Source: a virus
Lineage: Duplodnaviria > Caudoviricetes
Strand: one strand, 5' to 3'
Virus record (IMG/VR): IMGVR_UViG_3300009168_000006
Location: 1,015 to 65,014 of that record
Length of the DNA stretch: 64,000 bases
The position numbers and the translations under genes were made by a program. Below the pieces are notes generated by a model. That model saw only the letters and a list, made by a program, of their open reading frames with translations, was not told the origin of the DNA and ran no database searches. This document shows positions 46,121 through 54,569 of this stretch, piece by piece. Position 1 is the stretch's first letter; every line of letters begins with the position of its first letter.

Positions 46121-46230
46121 TCTCTATGCCTCTAGGCGTCTATGCGTCTATGCAATCTAGATCGTTTTGACTTGACAGAACGTCTAGTCGCATAGACAAC
46201 ATAGAAACATAGACGCCTAGAGACATAGAC
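46121..46230. promoter_or_regulatory. AT-richer inverted-repeat/iteron cluster; candidate replication origin
   Basis: 22-bp inverted repeat (46123-46144 vs 46208-46229, 1 mismatch) with several (G)TCTATG/CATAGA copies; adjacent to the helicase gene. Confidence 0.55.
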
Positions 46231-46239
46231 GGAGCAGAT

Positions 46240-47718
46240 TCAAACTGAGCCGGTCGGCTTGGTGCGGGCGTACTCGGAGGGGTGCTGGTAGGTGCCGTCG
46301 CCCATGTCCACGATCTGGGGCGGCTTGTGGTACTTCATCTCATGGATCAGGTTGTCGATCTGCTTGATGTTGGTGCCGGGCATCCGCTCCATGATCTCCT
46401 TGCGTCGGAGCGGTCGGCCCGCTTCCTGGATCGTGTCCAGCAGTTGCTGCCGTCTATGCGGCATCTTCGACGTTACCTTCTGCTGGATGCTCTCCCCTTC
46501 CCACTGCCAGCCGTGGAGGAAGTCGTCCCAGGTGACCTGGTACTGGCTGAGCGCCGTGTCCCGGCCGCTGATGGTGACCCGGCGGGTGTCGGGCTGCTCC
46601 TGGAGCACGGGGTGGAAGGTGAGCCACGCATCGACGGCGCCCTGCACGGCCATGCTCCCGCTCACCGCCTGGGCGGGGTCGAAGTCCTGCCCGGCGCCCT
46701 GACCCTGCTTGTTGGTGTGGTGGACGACGAGCACGCCGACGCCGTAGGTGTGGGCCATGTCGGCCAGCGGGCCGAGGGCGGCGTAGTCGCTCTCGTAGAT
46801 GCCGCCCAGCCGGACGGGGCGGATGCGCTCCAGGAGGTCGATGACGACGACCCCGTCCGGGTGCCGCTCGCACCAGTCGATGAGCATCCCCTCGCCGCCC
46901 CGGTCGATGGGGGGCCAGCGGTGGGCGAACTCCAGGGCCTCGGGGTACTGCTCGTCCGGATAGGCGGCGAGCATGTAGTTGGCCCGGGCCTTGACCCGGC
47001 TGGGCTTGTCGTCCAGGTTCAGGTAGAGGACGGGGCGCACCTTGTCCACCTGGATCGCCCCCAGCGCCAGCCCCCCGGCGGCGATGGCCATCGCCAGTTG
47101 CAGGGCGAACACGGACTTGCCCGCCTTGGCGTTGCCGACGATGAGCACGCAGTCCCCGGCGTACAGGATCGGCTCCACGATGGGCACCTGGGGCGGGAAC
47201 TCCTGCGCCATCAACTCCCGGAAGGTCTGGGTGTTGACGGTGTGCAGCAGGGCCTCCCGGTCGAGGGTCACCGACAGTTCCTTGAGGCGGGCGCGGATGC
47301 GGGAGGCGTCGGTGGTGGTCTCCACGAACCGGCGGAACTCCAGCGCCGCCTGGATGGCGTCCCGGTACTCTCCGAGGGCGCGGACCTGCATCGCCTGCTC
47401 GGCGGGGACGAGGGGCAGGACGCGCGACCCCTCGGACTGCATCTGCTCCAGGTCGAAGCGGGTGATCGAGCCGTTGAGGCGGCCCCGCTTGTCGAGCACC
47501 GAGTAGACGGCCTCTAACCCGAAGTGGAGGTGCTTCCGGTCGAGGGCGAGGATGGCGTTGAAGATGTGGCGGTGGTCTTCGGTGAAGTCCCGGGGGCGGA
47601 CGATCCCCAGCGCCCGCTTGACGGCCTCGGAGTCGTCCGCCTCGGAGAGGATCATCAGCATCCCCAGAAGCTGACGCTCCAGATCGAGGTTGTTGAGGGG
47701 GATGTCACCGGCCAACAT
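46240..47718 (-). CDS. replicative helicase: DnaB-N-like domain + AAA_25/RepA-like ATPase + C-terminal wHTH
   Basis: LERQLLG...PRDF..DHRHIFNAI (DnaB-N); Walker A GNAKAGKS; Walker B VVVID; LVVHHTNK; SGS.A..GAVD. Confidence 0.85.
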   Translation of the reverse strand: MLAGDIPLNNLDLERQLLGMLMILSEADDSEAVKRALGIVRPRDFTEDHRHIFNAILALDRKHLHFGLEAVYSVLDKRGRLNGSITRFDLEQMQSEGSRVLPLVPAEQAMQVRALGEYRDAIQAALEFRRFVETTTDASRIRARLKELSVTLDREALLHTVNTQTFRELMAQEFPPQVPIVEPILYAGDCVLIVGNAKAGKSVFALQLAMAIAAGGLALGAIQVDKVRPVLYLNLDDKPSRVKARANYMLAAYPDEQYPEALEFAHRWPPIDRGGEGMLIDWCERHPDGVVVIDLLERIRPVRLGGIYESDYAALGPLADMAHTYGVGVLVVHHTNKQGQGAGQDFDPAQAVSGSMAVQGAVDAWLTFHPVLQEQPDTRRVTISGRDTALSQYQVTWDDFLHGWQWEGESIQQKVTSKMPHRRQQLLDTIQEAGRPLRRKEIMERMPGTNIKQIDNLIHEMKYHKPPQIVDMGDGTYQHPSEYARTKPTGSV

Positions 47719-47805
47719 CGGAACCCCCCGATGTTGCGCTCGTAATATCGGGCTGGTATAGCTGGACTGGGGAGGGACTGGGCATGACAGTCTCCGAACC
47801 TTTCT

Positions 47806-47846
47806 GGTAGCCCCCGGGTTCACGGCCTGGGGGCTACCGCTTTTCT
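47806..47846 (+). terminator. GC-rich hairpin with T-tract, oriented as a + strand terminator
   Basis: GGTAGCCCCC...GGGGGCTACC followed by GCTTTTCT. Confidence 0.5.
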
Positions 47847-47856
47847 GTCTACCTGG

Positions 47857-48612
47857 CTAGGCGCTCCCGCTGTTCCCGTTGGGCTTGCGCTGGACGGCGG
47901 TGTTGATGCGGGCGAGTAGCCGCTGGCACGCGGCTTCGATGTCGGCCTCGGTCGCATCCTCCGTGAACGGGGCGATCAGGGCGTCGTCGCGGACGAGGGC
48001 GTGGGCGTTGGCCAGCTTGAGGTAGGTGTCCTTGAGCCTGGTGAACTTATCCAGCAAGGCGGGCTTGCCGCCAGTCCGGACGGGGGGCGCGGGCCGGTCG
48101 TTCCTGTCCGGCGGCGCAGGCTGCGCGGGGCGGCGCAGGCGGGGAGGCTCGTCGTCGTCCGCCTCGGCCGCCTCCTTGTCGGAGGGTAGCGAGGTCATCT
48201 CCTCGACGGCGACCATGCCGACGTTCAGTGCATCCCGCAACGCCCGGGCCTTGGCCCGGGTTTCGGCCATCCTGATCTTGTGGGCCACGATCATGCGGCC
48301 CACGTTGCCGTCGTCGGCGTCCCCGATCCCGGTGTAGCTGCCCCACGGGAACTCGACCGTGGCGTGGACGATGGCGATGCCCCCGTTGGTGGAGGTGGGG
48401 GCCTGCACCAGGTTGGTGTAGATGGACGTCATCCCCGCCCGGTGGGCGGCGTCGAGCAGCCCGGCGTAGAGTACGAACTGCTTCCCCTGCCGGGTGATGA
48501 CGTGGTCCTGGTTGACCACCACGGTGGGCTTCTCGCTGGCGTACCGCTTGACGTGCCAGGGGGCACCCTGGTCGGACAGAACGTCCGGGTTGACCTCGTC
48601 GGTGCTGGTCAT
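47857..48612 (-). CDS. Rad52/Sak-like single-strand annealing protein
   Basis: GKQFVLYAGLL...AIVHATV...YTGIGDA...RMAETRAKARALRDA; AGGAG RBS before ATG 48612. Confidence 0.7.
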   Translation of the reverse strand: MTSTDEVNPDVLSDQGAPWHVKRYASEKPTVVVNQDHVITRQGKQFVLYAGLLDAAHRAGMTSIYTNLVQAPTSTNGGIAIVHATVEFPWGSYTGIGDADDGNVGRMIVAHKIRMAETRAKARALRDALNVGMVAVEEMTSLPSDKEAAEADDDEPPRLRRPAQPAPPDRNDRPAPPVRTGGKPALLDKFTRLKDTYLKLANAHALVRDDALIAPFTEDATEADIEAACQRLLARINTAVQRKPNGNSGSA

Positions 48613-48781
48613 CGCGCTATACTCCTGGTCGTACCCCTCTCCCTCCTCCTCCCTTGCGGGCGGCGCAGGCCAGGGGCGTACTCCTTCTGCGAGGCCCCGG
48701 CCAGGGGGGTGTTGGTCCCCCCCTGGAACCCCCGGGGCTTCGTGGTGTCTGCCGCCTGTGACACGTGTCACAGGCGGGGGG

Positions 48782-49081
48782 CTAGGTGCGGTCGGGGATG
48801 GCGTCCACCGGACCGGCGAGGCCGTCCAGGGGATCGGGCACCCGGCTCTGCGGGTCGCGGATCGGGTGCCGGTAGGGCGCGAGCACCGGCTCGATCTCGT
48901 CGCGCCGGAACCGGCGCCGCCCCGAGGGCACGGTGTAGTAGGGCAGGCGCCCCTTCTGGCACAGGTCGTAGATGGTCTGGCGGGAGAGGTTGTACTCCCG
49001 GGCGACCTCCATCACGGTCAGCCACTGCTGCTTGGGCGACACCTTCTTCTGCTTGCGAACGTGCTCTGCGGTCACGGGCAT
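48782..49081 (-). CDS. excisionase/MerR-like HTH DNA-binding protein
   Basis: WLTVMEVAREYNLSRQTIYDLCQKGRLP...GRRRFRRDEI. Confidence 0.85.
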   Translation of the reverse strand: MPVTAEHVRKQKKVSPKQQWLTVMEVAREYNLSRQTIYDLCQKGRLPYYTVPSGRRRFRRDEIEPVLAPYRHPIRDPQSRVPDPLDGLAGPVDAIPDRT

Positions 49082-49116
49082 GGGTCGTACTCCTGGGTTT
49101 GATGAGACCTCCACTC

Positions 49117-49142
49117 CTGGAGGTCTGTCATTAGTGTACCAA
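49117..49142 (-). promoter_or_regulatory. putative promoter (extended -10 TGGTACACT), copy 1
   Basis: 22/25 identical to 51988-52012; intergenic. Confidence 0.6.
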
Positions 49143-49149
49143 TGGTGGT

Positions 49150-50373
49150 TTAGGACGGAGCGGCGTCACGGGGGCGGGACTGGTAGGGCAACTGGGCGCC
49201 GGACGACCAGGCCCCGTTGGGCTTGGCCCCGATGTGGCCCCCCGGTTCGTGGGCGGTGACCCACTGGCGGGCATAGCGCCGGACGAGGGCGCTGTGCCGG
49301 GTGGGACTCTCGATGCTGAAGGGGGGCAGGGCGTCCCCGACCTTCATGCGGTAGTTGTAGAGGTAGTGCAGGGCGCCGCAGGCGGCGGCCCCGTTGCTGG
49401 AGTTGATGCTGTTCTTGTGCTCGGCGGTGAGGCCGTCCAGGGCGTGGCTGTCGGTCTGCTTGCGGAGCACATCGACCAGGCGGTCTCTCCGCAGCAGCCC
49501 GTCGTAGCGCAGCAGGAACTGCCACATCCCGGCCAGCAGGAAGTCCCGGTACCAGTCCGGGTCGGTGCCGCCCACGTCCCGCAGCACGGAGAGCACGGCC
49601 CGGGCGCTACTCGCCCCGCCCTGCTTGATCATGTACTCCACCGTGCGGCAGGCCACCACGGTGGCCGGGGTGCCCCGGTTCTCGCCCGGCCACAGGGGCC
49701 GCATGCCCACCTCCTTGAGGAGGAGGAGCACCTGGAGGCTGTCGGCGTCCCGGGCGTGCACGCGCGCGCGGAAGGCGGCGTTGTAGTTGAGGGTGCGCCG
49801 CTCGGTGTTGACGGCGTCGAAGTCCCCCGCCTCCTCGACGGTGGTCTCGACGTGGGTCAGGAGCACCGGGATCATCACGTCCTGACCGAAGCACCGCTGC
49901 GCCGCCCAGATGCGGTGCTGCCCGTCCACGGCGACGAGGGTGCCGTCCGGGCGGCGGTTGATCTGGGGGGCCTGGAACCGGCGCCACTTGAAGCGCATCG
50001 CGATGCCCTCGGCGCGGGGCTGGTCGAAGATGCGCTGGTACTCCTCGGGGACGAGGATGTCGGACGCCTTCACGTAGACCTGCTCGATGTGGTCCTTCGG
50101 GTCGCCCGCCGCCTCGGCGGCCGCCGCAATCGCCGCATCCCGCTCGGCCTGCCGCTGTCCGCGCCGCTTCTCCAGGGCCTGCCGGATGATGGCCGTGCGC
50201 CGCCGCCTCACCTCGGCGGCCCGCGCCTGCACGGTGTTGCGCCGGGCCGCCTCTCTGGGGGACGGCCCCTTGGCGGGGGTGACGATGGCCCGCTCCTCGA
50301 TGGGCGTGACCTCGGTCACCACCCGCTGCGCGTCCACGGTGACGTCGAGTGTCGTCTTCTTGCGGCTGGTCAT
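49150..50373 (-). CDS. ParB/Srx-fold (DGQHR, DUF6551-like) protein
   Basis: YQR...INRRPDG..VAVDGQHRIWAA...EEAGDF..VN..R; AAGGAGTACC RBS before ATG 50373. Confidence 0.8.
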   Translation of the reverse strand: MTSRKKTTLDVTVDAQRVVTEVTPIEERAIVTPAKGPSPREAARRNTVQARAAEVRRRRTAIIRQALEKRRGQRQAERDAAIAAAAEAAGDPKDHIEQVYVKASDILVPEEYQRIFDQPRAEGIAMRFKWRRFQAPQINRRPDGTLVAVDGQHRIWAAQRCFGQDVMIPVLLTHVETTVEEAGDFDAVNTERRTLNYNAAFRARVHARDADSLQVLLLLKEVGMRPLWPGENRGTPATVVACRTVEYMIKQGGASSARAVLSVLRDVGGTDPDWYRDFLLAGMWQFLLRYDGLLRRDRLVDVLRKQTDSHALDGLTAEHKNSINSSNGAAACGALHYLYNYRMKVGDALPPFSIESPTRHSALVRRYARQWVTAHEPGGHIGAKPNGAWSSGAQLPYQSRPRDAAPS

Positions 50374-50459
50374 TGGTACTCCTTCTGCTTGAATGGGGCG
50401 TACCCAGCGTCTAGCCGGGTGGACAGTGGCGGGGGCAACGACGCCCCCGCCGCCGTCAC

Positions 50460-51719
50460 CTACCGGACGTTGACGTAGCGGTTCAGCAGGCCGCCGACCT
50501 TCTGCTCGAACCCGACCCGGACGTCGGCGTAGACCATCTCCCGGGCATAGGCCGTCCCGGCCTGCACCAAGTCCCAAATGGACGTGGGGTCGCCGGACGA
50601 GCCGATGTCGGCGGCGCGCTCGGCCAGGAGGGGGATGACCTTGGCCTCGGCCTGTCCGAAGCCCTGCTCCCGGAGGAACTTCTCGGCCCCCTCCAGGTCT
50701 TCGGCCACGGTGGTCTGCTTGGCCTTGGCGATGTGCTGGGTGATGCCGGAGACCGAGGCGTTGGAGTAGGCGGCCAGCGCGGGGACGGCGCCCTCCAGGA
50801 ACTTGCGGGGGGCCTGCCGGTTGTGGCGGATGGACAACTCCCGCATCCCGATGGCGTCCCAGATCATCCGGTTCTGGCACACCTTGTTCAGGTAGAAGGA
50901 GAGCACCTTGAACCGGGCGTCCCCGACCTCCGAGTTGGTGACGATGAAGCCCCGGAAGTAGGTCTCCCCCTCGATGTCGATGGGGTGGGTCTCGTCCACC
51001 AGGAAGACCCAGATGTCCCGGTCGGAGGCGTACAGGGTGGTGTTGTGCTTGGTGACCTCGGTCATGGCGTCGTTCATGCCCTGCCCGGCGATCTTGCCCG
51101 GCACCACCCAGCGCCCCTGCGCCTGCTCGTTGATGAGCATGATCGTGCGGACGATGTCGGCGTCCCAGATGCGCCCGTAGTCGGGACCGGTGACGGCGCG
51201 CAGGACGGCGGGTTCGTCGCCCACGGCCGGGGCGGCCAGCAGCTTGACCCGGCTGTCCCCGTCCACCCGCTGGCGGTATTCCAGGCTGGCGTTCAGCGCC
51301 ACCTTGGCGATGGGGGCGGGCATGTCCCGCAGCCAGCGGATGTCGGGGCCGCCGATGACGCTGTTGTACTGGGCGAAGGACCAGTTGGTGAAGATGGCCG
51401 GGCTGTCGCCGTAGCTGACGGTGTAGAGGTTCCCGGCCAGCGGGCCGCTCTCGATGTACTTGGCGTCCAGGTTCCCCTGCACCGGGACGTTGGGGAACTC
51501 GTCGCTGCGGTCCCGGCGGGCCTCGGTCACGGCCAGCAGGGCCTCCAGGCTGGTGTACCGCTCGTCGTCGGGGCGGCTGGCCCACTGGTGCGAGGCGAGG
51601 GAGAGGTTGCGCCCGCCCTGGCGGGTGACGGGCGGCTTGGCGTAGCCGATGATCTGCTGCGCGGACAGGGTGCCCCCGGCGGGGATGGGGATGATCTCGG
51701 CGCCGTTGCGGTTGGTCAT
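50460..51719 (-). CDS. DUF932-family protein
   Basis: QWASRPDDERYTSL, LRAVTGPDYGRIWD, LYASDRD..VFLVD, RGFIVTNSEVG and VCQN motifs. Confidence 0.8.
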   Translation of the reverse strand: MTNRNGAEIIPIPAGGTLSAQQIIGYAKPPVTRQGGRNLSLASHQWASRPDDERYTSLEALLAVTEARRDRSDEFPNVPVQGNLDAKYIESGPLAGNLYTVSYGDSPAIFTNWSFAQYNSVIGGPDIRWLRDMPAPIAKVALNASLEYRQRVDGDSRVKLLAAPAVGDEPAVLRAVTGPDYGRIWDADIVRTIMLINEQAQGRWVVPGKIAGQGMNDAMTEVTKHNTTLYASDRDIWVFLVDETHPIDIEGETYFRGFIVTNSEVGDARFKVLSFYLNKVCQNRMIWDAIGMRELSIRHNRQAPRKFLEGAVPALAAYSNASVSGITQHIAKAKQTTVAEDLEGAEKFLREQGFGQAEAKVIPLLAERAADIGSSGDPTSIWDLVQAGTAYAREMVYADVRVGFEQKVGGLLNRYVNVR

Positions 51720-51733
51720 GTCGGTCGTACTCC

Positions 51734-51976
51734 TTACTTGGCTGCGGGCTTCTTGCTGCGCGGGGCTTTGGCGACCGGGGTCTCAGCCCGTTCGAGACTG
51801 AGTTGCTCTCCTCGCTTCCTGGCCTCACCGGCCATCACTTCGAGCAGTCCCTGCGTGGCGAGCCAGTTTTTGGGGTCGGTGGCGAACTGGCCTCGCTTGG
51901 TGAGGAAGTCGTAGGCGCACCAGTGCGTGCCGATCCTGATGACCTCGAAACGGGGCAGCATGCGGAGCGCGGGCAT
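51734..51976 (-). CDS. hypothetical protein (80 aa)
   Basis: GAGGAG RBS; follows promoter copy 2. Confidence 0.6.
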   Translation of the reverse strand: MPALRMLPRFEVIRIGTHWCAYDFLTKRGQFATDPKNWLATQGLLEVMAGEARKRGEQLSLERAETPVAKAPRSKKPAAK

Positions 51977-51987
51977 CCTTCTCCTCT

Positions 51988-52013
51988 CTGGTGGTCTGTC
52001 TATAGTGTACCAG
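51988..52013 (-). promoter_or_regulatory. putative promoter (extended -10 TGGTACACT), copy 2
   Basis: TGGTACACTATAGACAGACCACCAG on the - strand. Confidence 0.6.
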
Positions 52014-52206
52014 TTGGACGGATTGGACGCCACGGTGTCTACCCGGCTAGGCAGCTAGGCGGTGAGCACGAGGACGGCGAGGAGGAGGAGGGTGAAGCCG
52101 AAGAAGAGGTGCTCTCCGGTGGCGAACATGGCGACGGTGGGGGCAAAGAGGCACCAGACGGCGAGCATCGGGTCCGGTCCGGTCGGTCTTCGGGGCGGGG
52201 GCGCCC

Positions 52207-52533
52207 TCACAGGGGGGTCTCCTCGATGGACACCCACTCGACGGCGTCCTCCTCCTGCACCAGGTTCTGGAGGGTGGCGATGAGGCGTTTGGCGTCCGCG
52301 ACGGTGAGGTTGGCCGTCGCCAGGACGGGGACGCGGGCCAGGGTGTCGGCGTCGAACCGCTCGGAGATGTTGAGGGTCATCAGGCTGGCCAGCACCACCT
52401 CGCCGTGGATGCCCTGGACGCAACCGTTGTGGGCGACGACGGTGAGCGACGTCGCGGCGTTGGTCGGGTCGCCCAGGCGCAGCACCTCCTCGGGGCGGGG
52501 CGTTTCTTCCAGGTAGTCGCTGTTCAGAGGCAT
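52207..52533 (-). CDS. hypothetical protein (108 aa)
   Basis: AAGGAGTACC RBS. Confidence 0.65.
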   Translation of the reverse strand: MPLNSDYLEETPRPEEVLRLGDPTNAATSLTVVAHNGCVQGIHGEVVLASLMTLNISERFDADTLARVPVLATANLTVADAKRLIATLQNLVQEEDAVEWVSIEETPL

Positions 52534-52542
52534 CGGTACTCC

Positions 52543-52947
52543 TTACTTGCACCACCCATGCACGGTGCTCACGGACACGCCCAACTCCTGGGCGATGTCG
52601 CGGTAGCTGAAGCCCTTCCCCTTGAGGAAGTTGGCTTTGGGCTTCAGGTACCGGTGGAACTGCTTCCCCCGGCTCGGGATGCGCTCCTCCTTGGGCGCGG
52701 CCTTGCTCGGGGGGCGCAGCACCTCGTACTCCACGGGGTGGGCGATGTGCCACAGCCGGTGGTGGCTGTCGCACAGCCAGCGGACGTCGAGTTGCTTGGT
52801 GTAGTCGTCGTGGTGCCCGACCGTGACGGGTGCCCCGCACTCCTCGCACGGGGTGGGCACCAGCGCGCCGCGCTTCACGGCGCGGGACACGGACGCATGC
52901 GCCAGGTGCGCGTCCCAGTGGCGATCCGCCCACCTCAGCCCGGCCAA
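52543..52947 (-). CDS. HNH-like zinc-finger protein with C-terminal HTH
   Basis: PCEECG....GHHDDY.K.LDVRWLC..HH..WH; GFSYRDIAQELGVSVSTVHGW. Confidence 0.75.
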   Translation of the reverse strand: MAGLRWADRHWDAHLAHASVSRAVKRGALVPTPCEECGAPVTVGHHDDYTKQLDVRWLCDSHHRLWHIAHPVEYEVLRPPSKAAPKEERIPSRGKQFHRYLKPKANFLKGKGFSYRDIAQELGVSVSTVHGWCK

Positions 52948-53033
52948 AGTACCACTTCCCTGTTCGGCTTACTAGGTAGCATCACGCTATTGTACCTGGC
53001 CGCGCGCCGGGTAGGTGTCGCGCGTCTACCTGG

Positions 53034-53294
53034 CTAGAAACCCATCTGCCACTGCCAGACGCGGAAGTGGATGACGACGAGCACGGCGTTGAGCACGGCC
53101 CCGGCGCAGCACCAGAGGGCGCTGGTCCGGAGCGGGGCGTCGGCGCGGAGGTCGAGGTAGTTGGCGAGGCGGTGGGAGCGGATGGCCAGGGCGACGAGCC
53201 ACATGGCGCAGGCGAGGTTGGCGTGGGCCAGCCCGTCGCTGACCCACGCGCTCCAGTGGTCGGGGGCGTACATCAGCGCCACCCCCGCCGCCAC
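53034..53294 (-). CDS. small membrane protein
   Basis: Two or three hydrophobic segments; GGAGG RBS. Confidence 0.5.
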   Translation of the reverse strand: MAAGVALMYAPDHWSAWVSDGLAHANLACAMWLVALAIRSHRLANYLDLRADAPLRTSALWCCAGAVLNAVLVVIHFRVWQWQMGF

Positions 53295-53674
53295 TCACCT
53301 CCACCCCCCTCGCGCGCCCGCACCAGGTTGAGTTGGACGTAGGCGACGATGCGGGCGGACGGGGGTTCGTCACTGTCCTGGTTGATCCTCCAGCGCGCGG
53401 ACCCCCTGGCCTGGCGCAGCGCCAGGGTGTCCCCCTCCCGCGCCCGCCACGCCCGCCACCCGGTGGCGAACTCGTGGATGATGGCGATGGTGTCGGTGTG
53501 CGGGTCTTTGAAGGTGGCCATGGGCGAGGTCAGGGCGCCCGTGTCCAGCATCGGGACGTAGTAGTAGGTTTCGGTGTCGTAGGGTTCGCGGTAGTCGCCG
53601 CCCCAGTAGAGGCGGTCGAGCCACCCGCGGGCGGTGGTGCCCACGGGTGGCCAGCCGGTGAACGGCTCAGTCAT
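53273..53674 (-). CDS. hypothetical protein
   Basis: Overlaps both neighbours; aromatic-rich, protein-like composition. Confidence 0.55.
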   Translation of the reverse strand: MTEPFTGWPPVGTTARGWLDRLYWGGDYREPYDTETYYYVPMLDTGALTSPMATFKDPHTDTIAIIHEFATGWRAWRAREGDTLALRQARGSARWRINQDSDEPPSARIVAYVQLNLVRAREGGGGEWRRGWR

Positions 53675-54119
53675 CCAGGTCGAGCACCCGGTCGGCGCCA
53701 ACCACGGCCAGGGCCGGGGCGGGAGCGGGCCACAGCCGCTCGGGGTACGCCAACTCAGCGGCGTCCCGCTCGCTCCGCACCACCACGTCGCCCGCCTCGT
53801 TGACGGCGACGGCCATCCCCTCGCTGCGCCAGCGCCGGATGAGGACGGCGGCGCGGTGGACGCACAGGGGCATGTGGCCGAACGCCTCGCACGTGCATTC
53901 GAGGGGGACGTCGGTGCCGTGGACGGTATGCACCAGCCCCGACCGGCTGGTGCTGGGCACCCGGTAGACCCCGTGCTGGAGGCGCTCCACCTGGTCGGGC
54001 ACGCCCATCTCCAGCGCCTTCTTCATGGTGCGCTGGAGGTGGGCGCGTAGCTGGGCGGCGGTCATCGGGCGCTTCACCCGCTCGTTCCTCGGGGGTACCA
54101 CTCTCGGACTGGCAACCAT
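53667..54119 (-). CDS. SWIM zinc-finger protein
   Basis: YRVPS.S....HTV...CTC........CVH. Confidence 0.7.
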   Translation of the reverse strand: MVASPRVVPPRNERVKRPMTAAQLRAHLQRTMKKALEMGVPDQVERLQHGVYRVPSTSRSGLVHTVHGTDVPLECTCEAFGHMPLCVHRAAVLIRRWRSEGMAVAVNEAGDVVVRSERDAAELAYPERLWPAPAPALAVVGADRVLDLDD

Positions 54120-54163
54120 CGTGGCGTCTCCTTGTCTCGTCGGCTAGACGTTGGTCGGTCGGG

Positions 54164-54544
54164 TCAGTCGTCGGCCAGCAGCAGGTCCACCTGGAGGGCG
54201 AGGCGCCGGAGGTGGCGGGCGCACTCCAGGCGCGCCCGCCGCTCCCCCTTGAACTCGGACGCCCGCTCCCGGTCGAAGCGGTCCCGCAGCGAGCCGAGTT
54301 GCTGCTCGTTCACCCGGGCGGCGGCCTCGAACTCCTCGGCCGCCTGGGTGAGCACGGTGGCCAGGGTGTGGGCGGCGTTGCGCTCCAACGCCGTCGCCAA
54401 CTCGTCGGGGCGGACGAACTCCCGCAGGGTGGTGATCACCGGGGGCACCTCCCCCCGGTGATCGGCGCACGTCTGGTCGATGCGCGGGGTGCCCCGCACC
54501 ACCCGCGCCTCCTTCCCGCAGAGGATGCACTTGACTTCCTCCAT
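54164..54544 (-). CDS. hypothetical protein with N-terminal Zn-ribbon
   Basis: CILCG...CADH; AGGAG RBS. Confidence 0.65.
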   Translation of the reverse strand: MEEVKCILCGKEARVVRGTPRIDQTCADHRGEVPPVITTLREFVRPDELATALERNAAHTLATVLTQAAEEFEAAARVNEQQLGSLRDRFDRERASEFKGERRARLECARHLRRLALQVDLLLADD

Positions 54545-54569
54545 GCTCGTCTCCTGGTCGCTCCTTTCC

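Noticed and set aside
50374-51828. N-terminal half of the 892-aa ORF 49150-51828
   Set aside because: It is an alternative-frame shadow of the DUF932 gene; the real start is ATG 50373 with its own RBS.
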